From: Chlamydiales bacterium
GTDB lineage: Bacteria > Chlamydiota > Chlamydiia > Chlamydiales > JBDQID01
DNA length: 25,432 nucleotides
Assembly (NCBI GenBank): GCA_047611865.1
Contig: JBLFWS010000032.1
Coordinates: 1 to 25,432, forward strand
Direction: 5' to 3'
Shown: positions 6,816 to 15,418 of the stretch, one piece after another
Numbering within the stretch: position 1 is the stretch's first letter
Layout of the letters: every line of letters starts with the position of its first letter
The notes under the pieces: generated by a model
The model's input: only the letters and a program-made list of their open reading frames with translations
What the model was told of the DNA's origin: nothing
Databases searched by the model: none
Position numbers and translations under genes: made by a program

Positions 6816-8318
6816 ATGTCATTTAGCAATTACTTAATCAATGGCCCGCAATTTGCAAATAGCCAATATCTGCGACAGCATCGTCAATTTCCTCAGGATT
6901 CATCTGAAGTTGTGAGTTCTACTTATTGTTACAGAGGGGTGATCACAGATGATATTCAGGAGTATGGGCAATCTGAGCGTTGGATTGATGGAGCAGTAAA
7001 AGTTAAATCTGTCAGTGACCCTATTCGGCAAGAGAATCAAAGCGTCTGGAAAAGATTGAAACTGCAGTCTTTATCTTTAGGGGGACTTTGTATCATCGCT
7101 ACAGTAGGAAGTGGCTTTCTCGCGGTAAGTTCAAATGAAAATTCTACCGAAGCTTTAGTGGCTTTAGTATCTACAACAGCATGTCTGGCATTCGGAGCTG
7201 TGGGTTCTATTTTTCGTAGTTCACAGGCTACTCAAGAATTTGAAGGCTGGACTGATCCATTGGCTGTACTTAGAGAGAAAAGAATTCTTTGTCAGCCTAA
7301 AAACGAAGGTATCACCTACGTGAAAGATCACAATCTTACAGGGGTGGTCGTTTCAGAAGATGAGACGCGAAATATCTGGATTGGTACAGTTAAAAAAATA
7401 AATATTTGCTTTGAAGACTTAAAACAATATTGCTGCTCCCTACAAGCAAAAGCTCATTTTGTACATAGTTTTTTTCATGGTAATCCTTTTGAAGTAGCGA
7501 ATCTCCATTACGCCTTTGCTTCTGGCGACATTTATAACCCGGAAAATTCGTCAGGTAAAATATGGCCAAGAGGAAAAATAAACTCTTTGGTTCAGGTCTT
7601 TTCCCGAAGTAAAGAAAATTATCATAGCTTAAGAAAAGAGTACAGTCAGTCATCACGACTCATTCATTTAAGAACTGAAAATGAAATTGCTGAAAATAAT
7701 AGACTCTCTGATCTCATGAAAGCTCCTTTTATTGCGGCATACGAATTTCATAAGACTCAAGCTGAATCCAAAAGAAATTGTAGTTTAAAAATTTATCGGG
7801 AAAATCTCGAAGAGAGCATACGCTTGATTAAGCGATGCTACGTTGATAGCCTAGAACGGAGGCGTATGATCAAAGAGGCTGAGTTATCTTATTCAGGCAT
7901 CCCTGCTGTAAGGGAAGCTATTTGCGAATGCGATACAAAGCTGAAAAGTTACGAACAGTGTCTGAGATTAGCCCAAGATCCTATTGACAGCTACTTTTCT
8001 AGAAGGCTTACACCTATCAAATCTGATTTGTGTAGCAGTCTTCATGCATCTCAAGAGCAGCACGAGAAAAACCTTATGAGGTTTTTTCCTATCATTGACT
8101 CAATTTTTAAAGAATATAGCAGTAGAAGTTCTGGGATGAATATTCTACCAGATTTAGCTTTCCGTCCTCCATCAGCTTACCATTCCTATTCAGATGTGAA
8201 TTTCGAAGATATTATCGATGCGGTTCATCCGAATAGCTTTGAGCGAATGTATTATCCGAGTAATGCACCGGCGGAGTGGGAAACTTTTTATCTGGTGGCG
8301 AGAAGGCGCTTTGCGTAA
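6816..8318 (+). CDS. Inc-like hypothetical membrane protein (bilobed hydrophobic domain + helical region), possible distant paralog C
   Basis: 500-aa ORF with RBS-like GAGGG; hydrophobic pair LSLGGLCIIATVGSGFLAV / ALVALVSTTACLAFGAVGSIF; weak motif echoes of paralogs A and B. Confidence 0.65.
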   Translation: MSFSNYLINGPQFANSQYLRQHRQFPQDSSEVVSSTYCYRGVITDDIQEYGQSERWIDGAVKVKSVSDPIRQENQSVWKRLKLQSLSLGGLCIIATVGSGFLAVSSNENSTEALVALVSTTACLAFGAVGSIFRSSQATQEFEGWTDPLAVLREKRILCQPKNEGITYVKDHNLTGVVVSEDETRNIWIGTVKKINICFEDLKQYCCSLQAKAHFVHSFFHGNPFEVANLHYAFASGDIYNPENSSGKIWPRGKINSLVQVFSRSKENYHSLRKEYSQSSRLIHLRTENEIAENNRLSDLMKAPFIAAYEFHKTQAESKRNCSLKIYRENLEESIRLIKRCYVDSLERRRMIKEAELSYSGIPAVREAICECDTKLKSYEQCLRLAQDPIDSYFSRRLTPIKSDLCSSLHASQEQHEKNLMRFFPIIDSIFKEYSSRSSGMNILPDLAFRPPSAYHSYSDVNFEDIIDAVHPNSFERMYYPSNAPAEWETFYLVARRRFA

Positions 8319-8320
8319 CT

Positions 8321-8348
8321 CACCACTGAGCCACAGAGAACACAGAGG
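8321..8348. repeat. Left arm of CACAGAG-type palindromic repeat (three ~9-mer units)
   Basis: CACCACTGAGCCACAGAGAACACAGAGG resembles the arm at 4701-4728 and is roughly complementary to 10271-10299. Confidence 0.7.
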
Positions 8349-8486
8349 AGGGATGAGATAGGGAGAAACTAAGTTACTACTTTCTCAACTTTTGGCATTC
8401 CTAGACTAGTCATCTTGTTTAAGGCGATTGATTGAGCATAGGCTTCAGCTTGTTGATCAATTTTAATATGAAGCGATTGGAAAATG

Positions 8487-10218
8487 GGCATGGTTCAAAA
8501 AAGGGACTTTTTGGATAGTACTTAGGGTTGGGGGATCGTACCGTTGGTTCTGTCTAACGGTATCTATTAGCAGCGTTTAACCTGGGAAGAGGGTCTGTTA
8601 AGCGGCTTTCTGTGTTTCGGTAGCTGAGTCCAATCTTTTGAACATACTATACCCCAAGAGCTCTAAACAATGGCTATGAGATTCACCTGTTAGTAACTCT
8701 GTTGGACTTTTACCAATACGTTTTGGCTTAGCGCTACGCATAAATCGGCGATGATTAAGAAAGAACTGAAGAAGCTCAAGATAGCCGCTACCAAGGGTCT
8801 TGCGGAGGAAGAAATAATTTCTCAGCCTGCTATTAATATTCTCGACTATTGAGCTTGCTCGCACTGTTCCCTCTATTAAGCGTTGGATGTCTTCTTGAAG
8901 ATTGTAAAAATGGGTTCCTATCTTGCTATAAAGCGCCGTAAATCGTTCCCAATAGAGATTTCCTTTGCTAGAAAAAGCCTCCAGTTCAAAGGCTTCACGA
9001 ACCAAATAGAGCTCCACACCATAACTGTCTGCTAAATTATGCAGCTCTGTATCAAGATCCCCTACAAAGCGAAGAAGGTCTTCTCCTTGACATTCAAGTA
9101 GGCGTCGCAGAGGTCTAATACGGTGAGGGGATTGCGATTCTCTGGATAAAAGTTCTTTAATCACGAAATTTATCAATTCTACACGCGTTGATATCTCAGG
9201 ACCGCTAACAGACAGAATATCCTTTTTGAGCCAATCGGATAAAGTGGAGATGTCGTTTTTTAACTGAGTTGCTGTTGCCGCCTCTACTCTCGCATTTCCT
9301 AGTCGTTTTGAATATTTGGTGCCTTGCGTCTTCTTCTTGGCTTTGGCCATTTTTGCTTCTAGTGTTTTAACAGCTTGAACCGTAGCCTCGGCTCTATTCT
9401 CTAGAAACCTTAGTGCCTTACCTATGTCGTACAATGGATGAAACACATCTCCACGACAAGGTACATCAGGCCATGCTTCTCTTTGACCACTCCTAAGGCC
9501 TTTTCCTCCATCTGCGATTGTATGATCGAGGTCCATGCCTTGATCAGTGAGTTCAAGAAGTCTTACTCTCCAAGCCGTAGTATCTCGATGCTCCTCTTGC
9601 TTTAGGAGATAGGTATAAGTTGACTCTACATCACAGCCTACCAGGACAGGTGTTCTTCCTTGGAAGATTTCGTCATGTGCCCCTACTTTTATCGAAGAAA
9701 GATCTTGAGACTTATTCACCAGGGCTGCTTTTTTTAGAGTATTCTGCACGATGTTGAAGATGCTTCCTTTGCAGATATGTTGGTCAAGAGTGTCTCTGAA
9801 AAATTCAATGACTCCGCTGTAGGAGCCATTCCTTGGTAACTGGAATGTGAAACACAGCCTCCGAGCCTTTATCTTTTTTTGCAAAGGCATCATCGAGTGC
9901 GGATGAAACTTTATCTTTTTGAGCGTAAACGAACTTTCGACTAGTTTCGTGGTGGCGTGAAAGTCCAGAGATGGACTCCTTGCCTACGAGTGCAGAAACA
10001 CCGATTTGTTGACGAGCCGAAGGACTGATTTGCTGGGCCGTAGCATTTACTTGGGCAGATGTATGCGACTTGGTAGAATGGTCATTGAACATAGCATTGT
10101 CTCCAGTTTTTGACTTTTTTGCGAAATCAAAATAACTGGATTTTCAATTGCTATGTTCTTTTATTTTTAAATTTCAGAATCCGGTAGCTAGAATTGCTGC
10201 CCAGATTTGAACCACGCC
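8487..10218 (-). mobile_element. 1732-bp insertion sequence, prokaryotic Mutator-like (IS256/ISKra4/ISLre2/ISH6-related) DDE type
   Basis: TIRs GGCATGGTTCAAA (8487-8499) and TTTGAACCACGCC (10206-10218), 12/13 match; flanks GGAAAATG (8479-8486) and GAAAAATG (10219-10226) form an 8-bp TSD with one mismatch. Exact family not resolved. Confidence 0.85.
8598..10092 (-). pseudogene. DDE transposase split into two frames near 9825
   Basis: Upstream ORF (10092..9805) has an RBS and an HTH-like N-terminus up to VTKEWL. The downstream frame resumes at SYSGVIEFFRD and carries HDEIF (D), IADGG (D), GDVFH (DxxH) and SSIVENINSRLR (E). Confidence 0.85.
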
Positions 10219-10270
10219 GAAAAATGGCTTAAAAGGCCTGATCGTATGGCCCCCTCAGATATCGCATATT

Positions 10271-10316
10271 TTCTTTGTGATCTCCAGTGCCTCCGTGGTA
10301 AATAATGCAACAACGC
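10271..10316. repeat. Right arm of CACAGAG-type palindrome followed by a MITE-family TIR remnant (TAATGCAACAACGC)
   Basis: TCTTTGTGATCTCCAGTGCCTCCGTGGT, then ATGCAACAACGC identical to the right ends of the elements ending at 4858 and 15418. Confidence 0.7.
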
Positions 10317-10390
10317 TTAGCGGAACTACGTTCCTCATGAAGGCTTCGCCTACGCCACAAAACAGCATAGAGTCTCGAAAGGTTTCAAAA

Positions 10391-12019
10391 TCAGACTTTC
10401 CCTAATTTTAATACTTGGCCAAGCTTTGCCTTTTCTTCCTGAAAGATCCTTATGGCTTCTGATAAGCCCGTTCTCTTATTGCTTTCGTATAGTTCAGCAA
10501 AGGAGAGGGGGTTGCCTTCTAGATTTTCATCCCACTCTTTGTCACTACTTTGATTCATATTTTTTGTGAATGTAAGATGTTTGGGAGCTTCAGAAATAAA
10601 AGCATCAGCACGGGCTGTTCCTTCAATGAGAGATAGATGGCCATTTTCAAGAACATTATAAACGAGACAATTTGTACCTTCAATCTGCTTTGCAGATGTA
10701 TTGATGATGACGGCATTTGAAACGTCGATATCTTCGGCTTCAACACCAATAAGTATGCTGTTGTGAATCTTTCCATTTTTTATGCAGCTATTAACGACGA
10801 GGCTTTTTTGATCGCATTCGACGAGACTTTCTAAAGAATTTTTCGGGGAATCAGGAAAACCATAAAAACTTCTCATAGCCTGGGATTCCGGATTGGAGCC
10901 TGTCAGGGAAAGTATATTCTCATAATAGCGTTTAAGTTGACCATAGTCCCAAACGTAGCTATCTTCTCCAAGTTCGACAGCTCCAAAGAGTTTCTTTTCG
11001 GGGTATTCGCTTAGAAATTTTCTTTTGAATATTTGCATCCGATCAAAGTGCTTTCGTAGCCTATCGTTTTCAGCGTCTTTCTTTTGAAGAACTTCTGCAT
11101 AAATTTCATAAGTCAATGTCAGTGGCATCCAAAAACCTTGATCACTATTGAAAAAGCCTTCTTTTCTATTCAGCTCACTGGAGAATTCCTCCAGAAGGGC
11201 TTCAGTGATGGCAAAAGAAAGGCTGAAAGATCCTAAGCTCATACCTGTATGGCCTGTACTTTCACTGGCACGCAAAGATTTGTAGGTTTCGTAATCAACT
11301 TTTTCTACTTGCATGGCGTCATAGGCTTCATCGGCGATAATTAAGCCATATTTTTCGAGTCCTCTTTTCTGCCACTCCTCTTTTGAAAGAGGGGGCAAAT
11401 TTCTCATAAGGATGTCCACATGATGTAGTGGGGAGTAGGTGGCCTTGACTGAAGGGATGAAGATCTGGTCTCCCCAAAATACGGATAAACGTCCCTTGCG
11501 ACAGTCTGCATAGATTCCCGTTTGCCGGATTACAGCCTCAAGGATAGTAATGGGTGAGGCATGTCCGTTTATATCTATAACCTCGGGGAGTTTTACACTT
11601 GACTTATTGTTGCATTCGCTTCCAGATAAAGGGGCTAAGCGTGTGCCCTTACCAGCGGTGTGATACATCCCGATGGCAGCGCCCTCTCTTTGTAATTCAC
11701 GGAGATCGACCCCATGAATTTTATGGGCTTTTTCTTCTGCTCTCTGATAAGCATAAAGAGTACCTAATCCGTTTCCAGCTCCTACGGGCCAATCTTCACT
11801 TGTAGTAATAACAAGAGCCGATTTCTTTCCTACGGAAGAGATACTTTCTTGGAGGCGTTTTTCCCAGTATTTTTCTTGTTCCTGGTCTCCGGTGACTACG
11901 ATGATAACGTCCATACCGGGCTTTTGGGGAGAAAGATCTCGCATCAATTGTATGTTTTCTCGAACTATCTCTTGTGATTCTTCAGGCAAGTCCATCTTAG
12001 TCATTTTCTCCCAACCCAT
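10391..12019 (-). CDS. Sugar-1-phosphate nucleotidyltransferase-like protein (fucose-1-P guanylyltransferase/AGPase-like), substrate unknown
   Basis: GAGNGLGTL loop, HTAGKGTRLAPL (compare LAGGxGTRLxPL), WGDQ, WDYG, and a C-terminal I/V/N/S-rich beta-helix-like segment. Confidence 0.65.
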   Translation of the reverse strand: MGWEKMTKMDLPEESQEIVRENIQLMRDLSPQKPGMDVIIVVTGDQEQEKYWEKRLQESISSVGKKSALVITTSEDWPVGAGNGLGTLYAYQRAEEKAHKIHGVDLRELQREGAAIGMYHTAGKGTRLAPLSGSECNNKSSVKLPEVIDINGHASPITILEAVIRQTGIYADCRKGRLSVFWGDQIFIPSVKATYSPLHHVDILMRNLPPLSKEEWQKRGLEKYGLIIADEAYDAMQVEKVDYETYKSLRASESTGHTGMSLGSFSLSFAITEALLEEFSSELNRKEGFFNSDQGFWMPLTLTYEIYAEVLQKKDAENDRLRKHFDRMQIFKRKFLSEYPEKKLFGAVELGEDSYVWDYGQLKRYYENILSLTGSNPESQAMRSFYGFPDSPKNSLESLVECDQKSLVVNSCIKNGKIHNSILIGVEAEDIDVSNAVIINTSAKQIEGTNCLVYNVLENGHLSLIEGTARADAFISEAPKHLTFTKNMNQSSDKEWDENLEGNPLSFAELYESNKRTGLSEAIRIFQEEKAKLGQVLKLGKV

Positions 12020-12082
12020 GTGTTATGCTTTTATCAATGGGATAGAATATCAAGACGAGAATTTGCTGTATACCGAGCAATC

Positions 12083-12111
12083 TTGACAGCCTGCTCTTTT
12101 GGGTATACTCT
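12083..12111 (+). promoter_or_regulatory. Sigma70/sigma66-type promoter for ppa
   Basis: TTGACA at 12083-12088; TATACT at 12104-12109 (15-bp spacer) or TACTCT at 12106-12111 (17-bp spacer); RBS GAGGGAG downstream. Confidence 0.55.
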
Positions 12112-12146
12112 AGGATTTTTTCAATTATATTGAGGGAGAAGTAAGC

Positions 12147-12806
12147 ATGACTGCGAAGGAAGAGTCAATAGTAACATCTCAGGAAAGAGCCTATCGTGCA
12201 CACCCTTGGCATGGGGTTTCTGTCGGAGAAGAAGCACCGGAAATCATAAACTGCTACATCGAGATCGTCACGACAGATACCATTAAGTATGAACTTGATA
12301 AAGAGTCAGGTATTCTTAAGGTGGACCGACCTCAGCAATATTCAAGTTACTGTCCGGCACTGTACGGTTTGATACCTCGTACCTACTGTGCTGATAGGGT
12401 AGGGGATTTTTGCGCTAAGAAAAGCAGTATGACTCGCATAAAAGGTGACGAGGATCCTTTGGATATTATGGTCTTAGCCGAAAAAGCAATAGTCCGCGGT
12501 GACATACTCCTTAGAGCGAGACCTATCGGAGGATTGAGGGTCATCGATGATGGCTGTGCAGATGACAAAATTATAGCGGTTATGCAGGGCGACGATGTAT
12601 ATCGTCAATATCGGGATATATCAGATTGCCCGGAACATCTTATTGACCGTCTATGGCATTACTTTTTGACCTACAAAGATCACCCCGGGAAGCCAAACCC
12701 ACGAAAAATTCAAATCGTTGATGCGTACGGTAGAGAAGAGGCTCATGAAGTTATTAAGCTTGCCATGCAGGATTATGATGAACATATAGCTCATAGTGGA
12801 AAGTGA
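12147..12806 (+). CDS. ppa: Soluble inorganic pyrophosphatase (family I)
   Basis: HPWHG, KYELDK, YGLIPRT, GDEDPLD, DDKII, FLTYK motifs. Confidence 0.96.
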   Translation: MTAKEESIVTSQERAYRAHPWHGVSVGEEAPEIINCYIEIVTTDTIKYELDKESGILKVDRPQQYSSYCPALYGLIPRTYCADRVGDFCAKKSSMTRIKGDEDPLDIMVLAEKAIVRGDILLRARPIGGLRVIDDGCADDKIIAVMQGDDVYRQYRDISDCPEHLIDRLWHYFLTYKDHPGKPNPRKIQIVDAYGREEAHEVIKLAMQDYDEHIAHSGK

Positions 12807-12823
12807 AACTTGGAGAACTGTAA

Positions 12824-14263
12824 ATGCTATTTGAGAGATTCGATGCAAAAGGAATAGCCCAACATTCCTATGCAGTAGGTTGTCACAAAGTAGGGAAATT
12901 GCTAATCGTTGACCCTTGCAGAGATGTGGATCATTATCTCAATTTTGCAAAAGAAAACAAAATGCAGATAAGCCATATCCTGGAAACACATATCCCTGCG
13001 GATTATGTCTCCGGAGCCAAAGATCTTGCTATGAAAACAGGAGCAGAGCTTTGTCTTTCCGCATATGATTCAGGCGAAACCTTTGAAGTTTCTTTTCCTC
13101 ATACGCAAATTTATGAAGGCGATAAACTAGAAATTGGGCAAATAGTTCTGGAGGCCGTACATACTCCCGGGATTTCTCCGGAGCATATTTCCTACCTTGT
13201 TTATGATTGCCTACGGTCCAAGGAATTGCCTGCCTTGATGTTGACAGGAGACTTTCTCCTCGTAGGGTCGGTAGGTCGAACCGATGTCAACCGTGATGAC
13301 GACAAACGAAGCGCTGCAGAAAAACTTTTTCATAGCCTGCGCGAAAAGTTGAAATCTCTTCCTGATAGCTTAGAAATTTATCCGTCCCATAGCGGAGGGT
13401 CTCTTTGCGCGAAGGGAATAAGCAAAAAGCCAAGTTCAACACTTGGGTATGAGCGGGCAGTAAATCCCTATCTTGATGAAAGTCTCACTGAAAGAGAATT
13501 TGTAGATAAAATTCTCCGATCTTTCTCTCCACTACCTCAATATTACCAGAGAATGAAGTTACAAAACTCTGAGGGTGCGCCGGCTCTCCATGCTCTGCCA
13601 GGACTGAAGGCAATAGATGTTGAGCGCTTTCACTGGCTTGTAAATTCTGGTCATATCGTTATAGATATTCGAGATGAGTCCGCCTTTGCTGCTGGACATA
13701 TTCCTGGATCCTTTGGAATTGGTGCAAGCAGCGTTGTTGGAAATTGGGCAGGCTGGGTTCTACCGTATGAGACTTCTATCCTTCTCGTTACAGAGGATCC
13801 AGATAAAGTTCGAGATGCGGTGAGATCATTGGTTAGGGTAGGATTTGACCAAATAGAAGGCTACCTTAATGGAGGAATCGAGGCATGGGAGCAGGGCGAA
13901 TATGAAATAAAGGCTTTGCCATGGATTAATCCCGAAGAATTGAACAAAAGTCCTCAGAATAAAGTTCTCGATGTTAGAGGAGCTGAAGAGTGGGAGACAG
14001 GGCACATCAAGGGGTCTCTTAACTTTCCTGGCGGGCAAATTGGAGAGCATCTGGATGATTTGGGCGACCGTAAATTGGAGATTACTGTGGTGTGCGGGGG
14101 AGGATATAGGGCAACAGTTGCAGCAAGTGTACTTCAAAGGGAGGGTTTTACTAACGTATCCCTTCTGTCTGGAGGCATGAAAGGGTGGAAAAAGCTGGGC
14201 CTTCCCATAGATACCGAAGTCTCTGCAGTGGTCGGTAGTTCACAGGAGGTTGTTAGAACCTAG
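12824..14263 (+). CDS. MBL-fold + two rhodanese domains (persulfide dioxygenase-sulfurtransferase CstB/Blh-like) with altered metal motifs
   Basis: ETHIPADY, HTPGISPEH, TGDFL, YPSHSGGSLC; rhodanese repeats IDIR...GHIPGS and LDVR...GHIKGS; active-loop CGGGYR; LSGGMKGW. Confidence 0.88.
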   Translation: MLFERFDAKGIAQHSYAVGCHKVGKLLIVDPCRDVDHYLNFAKENKMQISHILETHIPADYVSGAKDLAMKTGAELCLSAYDSGETFEVSFPHTQIYEGDKLEIGQIVLEAVHTPGISPEHISYLVYDCLRSKELPALMLTGDFLLVGSVGRTDVNRDDDKRSAAEKLFHSLREKLKSLPDSLEIYPSHSGGSLCAKGISKKPSSTLGYERAVNPYLDESLTEREFVDKILRSFSPLPQYYQRMKLQNSEGAPALHALPGLKAIDVERFHWLVNSGHIVIDIRDESAFAAGHIPGSFGIGASSVVGNWAGWVLPYETSILLVTEDPDKVRDAVRSLVRVGFDQIEGYLNGGIEAWEQGEYEIKALPWINPEELNKSPQNKVLDVRGAEEWETGHIKGSLNFPGGQIGEHLDDLGDRKLEITVVCGGGYRATVAASVLQREGFTNVSLLSGGMKGWKKLGLPIDTEVSAVVGSSQEVVRT

Positions 14264-15079
14264 TACAGCGGTAATTTCACGTGGACTGTTAGTGATAAGG
14301 CCATCAACGCCCATCTCCTGAAGTAAGAGGGCTTGGGATGCGTCATCTACAGTCCATGTCCACACAGATATACCTTTTGAGTGAATCTCGTTTATCAGGT
14401 TGGGTGTAGCCATAGTATATTTTAGGGCTATAACTTTTGGACTTAGTAAAAGATGATTTTCTAGTTCTGTAGCTGTTTCTGCAATTCCGATGGTGTTGGC
14501 CTCAGGAAGATGTTTTTTTAGCTTTTCTACTACAGTACAGGAAAAGCTTCCAAGTATGATTGTCTCTAAAGAAACACCACTACTTTTAATGGTATTGGCA
14601 ACTGCGCTGACGAGATCTTCCTCTTCACTAACCCCTTTCACCTTCAGTTCAATCATAAGACCTGTTTTGGGCCGTTCTAAAGATAGAACCTCTTGGAGTG
14701 TTGGTATTTGTTCGCCGGTGTATTCCTTGGAAAACCATGACCCGACTTCGAGTTCTTTTATTTCTTTGAGATTGAAGCGGGAGAGGGCTCGGAAGCTTCT
14801 CATGTTGGTAGTTCTAAATAAGTTTTTATCATGAAAAACCATTGGAACCTGGTCTTTAGAGAGCCGGACATCCATCTCTAGAAAATCCACTCCAAAGTCT
14901 ACAGCTTTGCGAAAAGCAGAAAGGGTATTTTCGGGAGCTTCATTAGCTCCTCCTCGGTGTGCAATTATTTTTGGATTCATGAGCATGGGATTTCCTTCAT
15001 CAGCAGTAGCAGTAAAACATAAAATACAAGTCCATAGGGTTAAAATGAACCTATAATCTTTATTGCTGATTAAAACCAT
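14240..15079 (-). CDS. glpQ: Glycerophosphodiester phosphodiesterase (GlpQ/UgpQ family) with possible signal peptide
   Basis: IIAHRG, PENT, LEMDV, VFHD, IELK, WTVDD, GVDGLITN; 3' end overlaps the MBL gene by 24 bp. Confidence 0.92.
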   Translation of the reverse strand: MVLISNKDYRFILTLWTCILCFTATADEGNPMLMNPKIIAHRGGANEAPENTLSAFRKAVDFGVDFLEMDVRLSKDQVPMVFHDKNLFRTTNMRSFRALSRFNLKEIKELEVGSWFSKEYTGEQIPTLQEVLSLERPKTGLMIELKVKGVSEEEDLVSAVANTIKSSGVSLETIILGSFSCTVVEKLKKHLPEANTIGIAETATELENHLLLSPKVIALKYTMATPNLINEIHSKGISVWTWTVDDASQALLLQEMGVDGLITNSPREITAVLGSNNLL

Positions 15080-15208
15080 GGTACGGCCTCTGGTTCAGAA
15101 AAGTAAGTCATTGCAAATGGAGATTTATTATTAAAGAAAAAAGTATAGTTTTTGAAAAATGACACATACTTAAATAAGTTTAAGAGATGCTTTTTTGGTT
15201 TTATCAGG

Positions 15209-15418
15209 GGCGTTGTTGCATAAAGCATGCGTCTACAAGAAGCTTATTATTAACACTTTACCGCCAAGATTACAGCGGGCACAAAGAAAATAAAAAATCA
15301 CAGATCAGTTGATAGCATATTCTGAGAGACTTTATACATTTTTCTATCTCTCTGTGTTCTCGGTGCTCTCTGTGCTTAAATAAATGATTGTAAACGTATT
15401 AAGTTATGCAACAACGCC
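15209..15418. mobile_element. Complete 210-bp MITE with 15-bp perfect TIRs and perfect 9-bp TSD
   Basis: GGCGTTGTTGCATAA (15209-15223) and TTATGCAACAACGCC (15404-15418); TTTATCAGG at 15200-15208 and 15419-15427; second copy at 4701-4858. Confidence 0.93.

Noticed and set aside
8538..8562. Hairpin TACCGTTGG...CTAACGGTA
   Set aside because: Lies inside the IS downstream of the transposase; likely an ordinary IS terminator, not a separate element.
9805..9893. Programmed ribosomal frameshift in the transposase
   Set aside because: No slippery sequence at the apparent junction; a lesion is more parsimonious.
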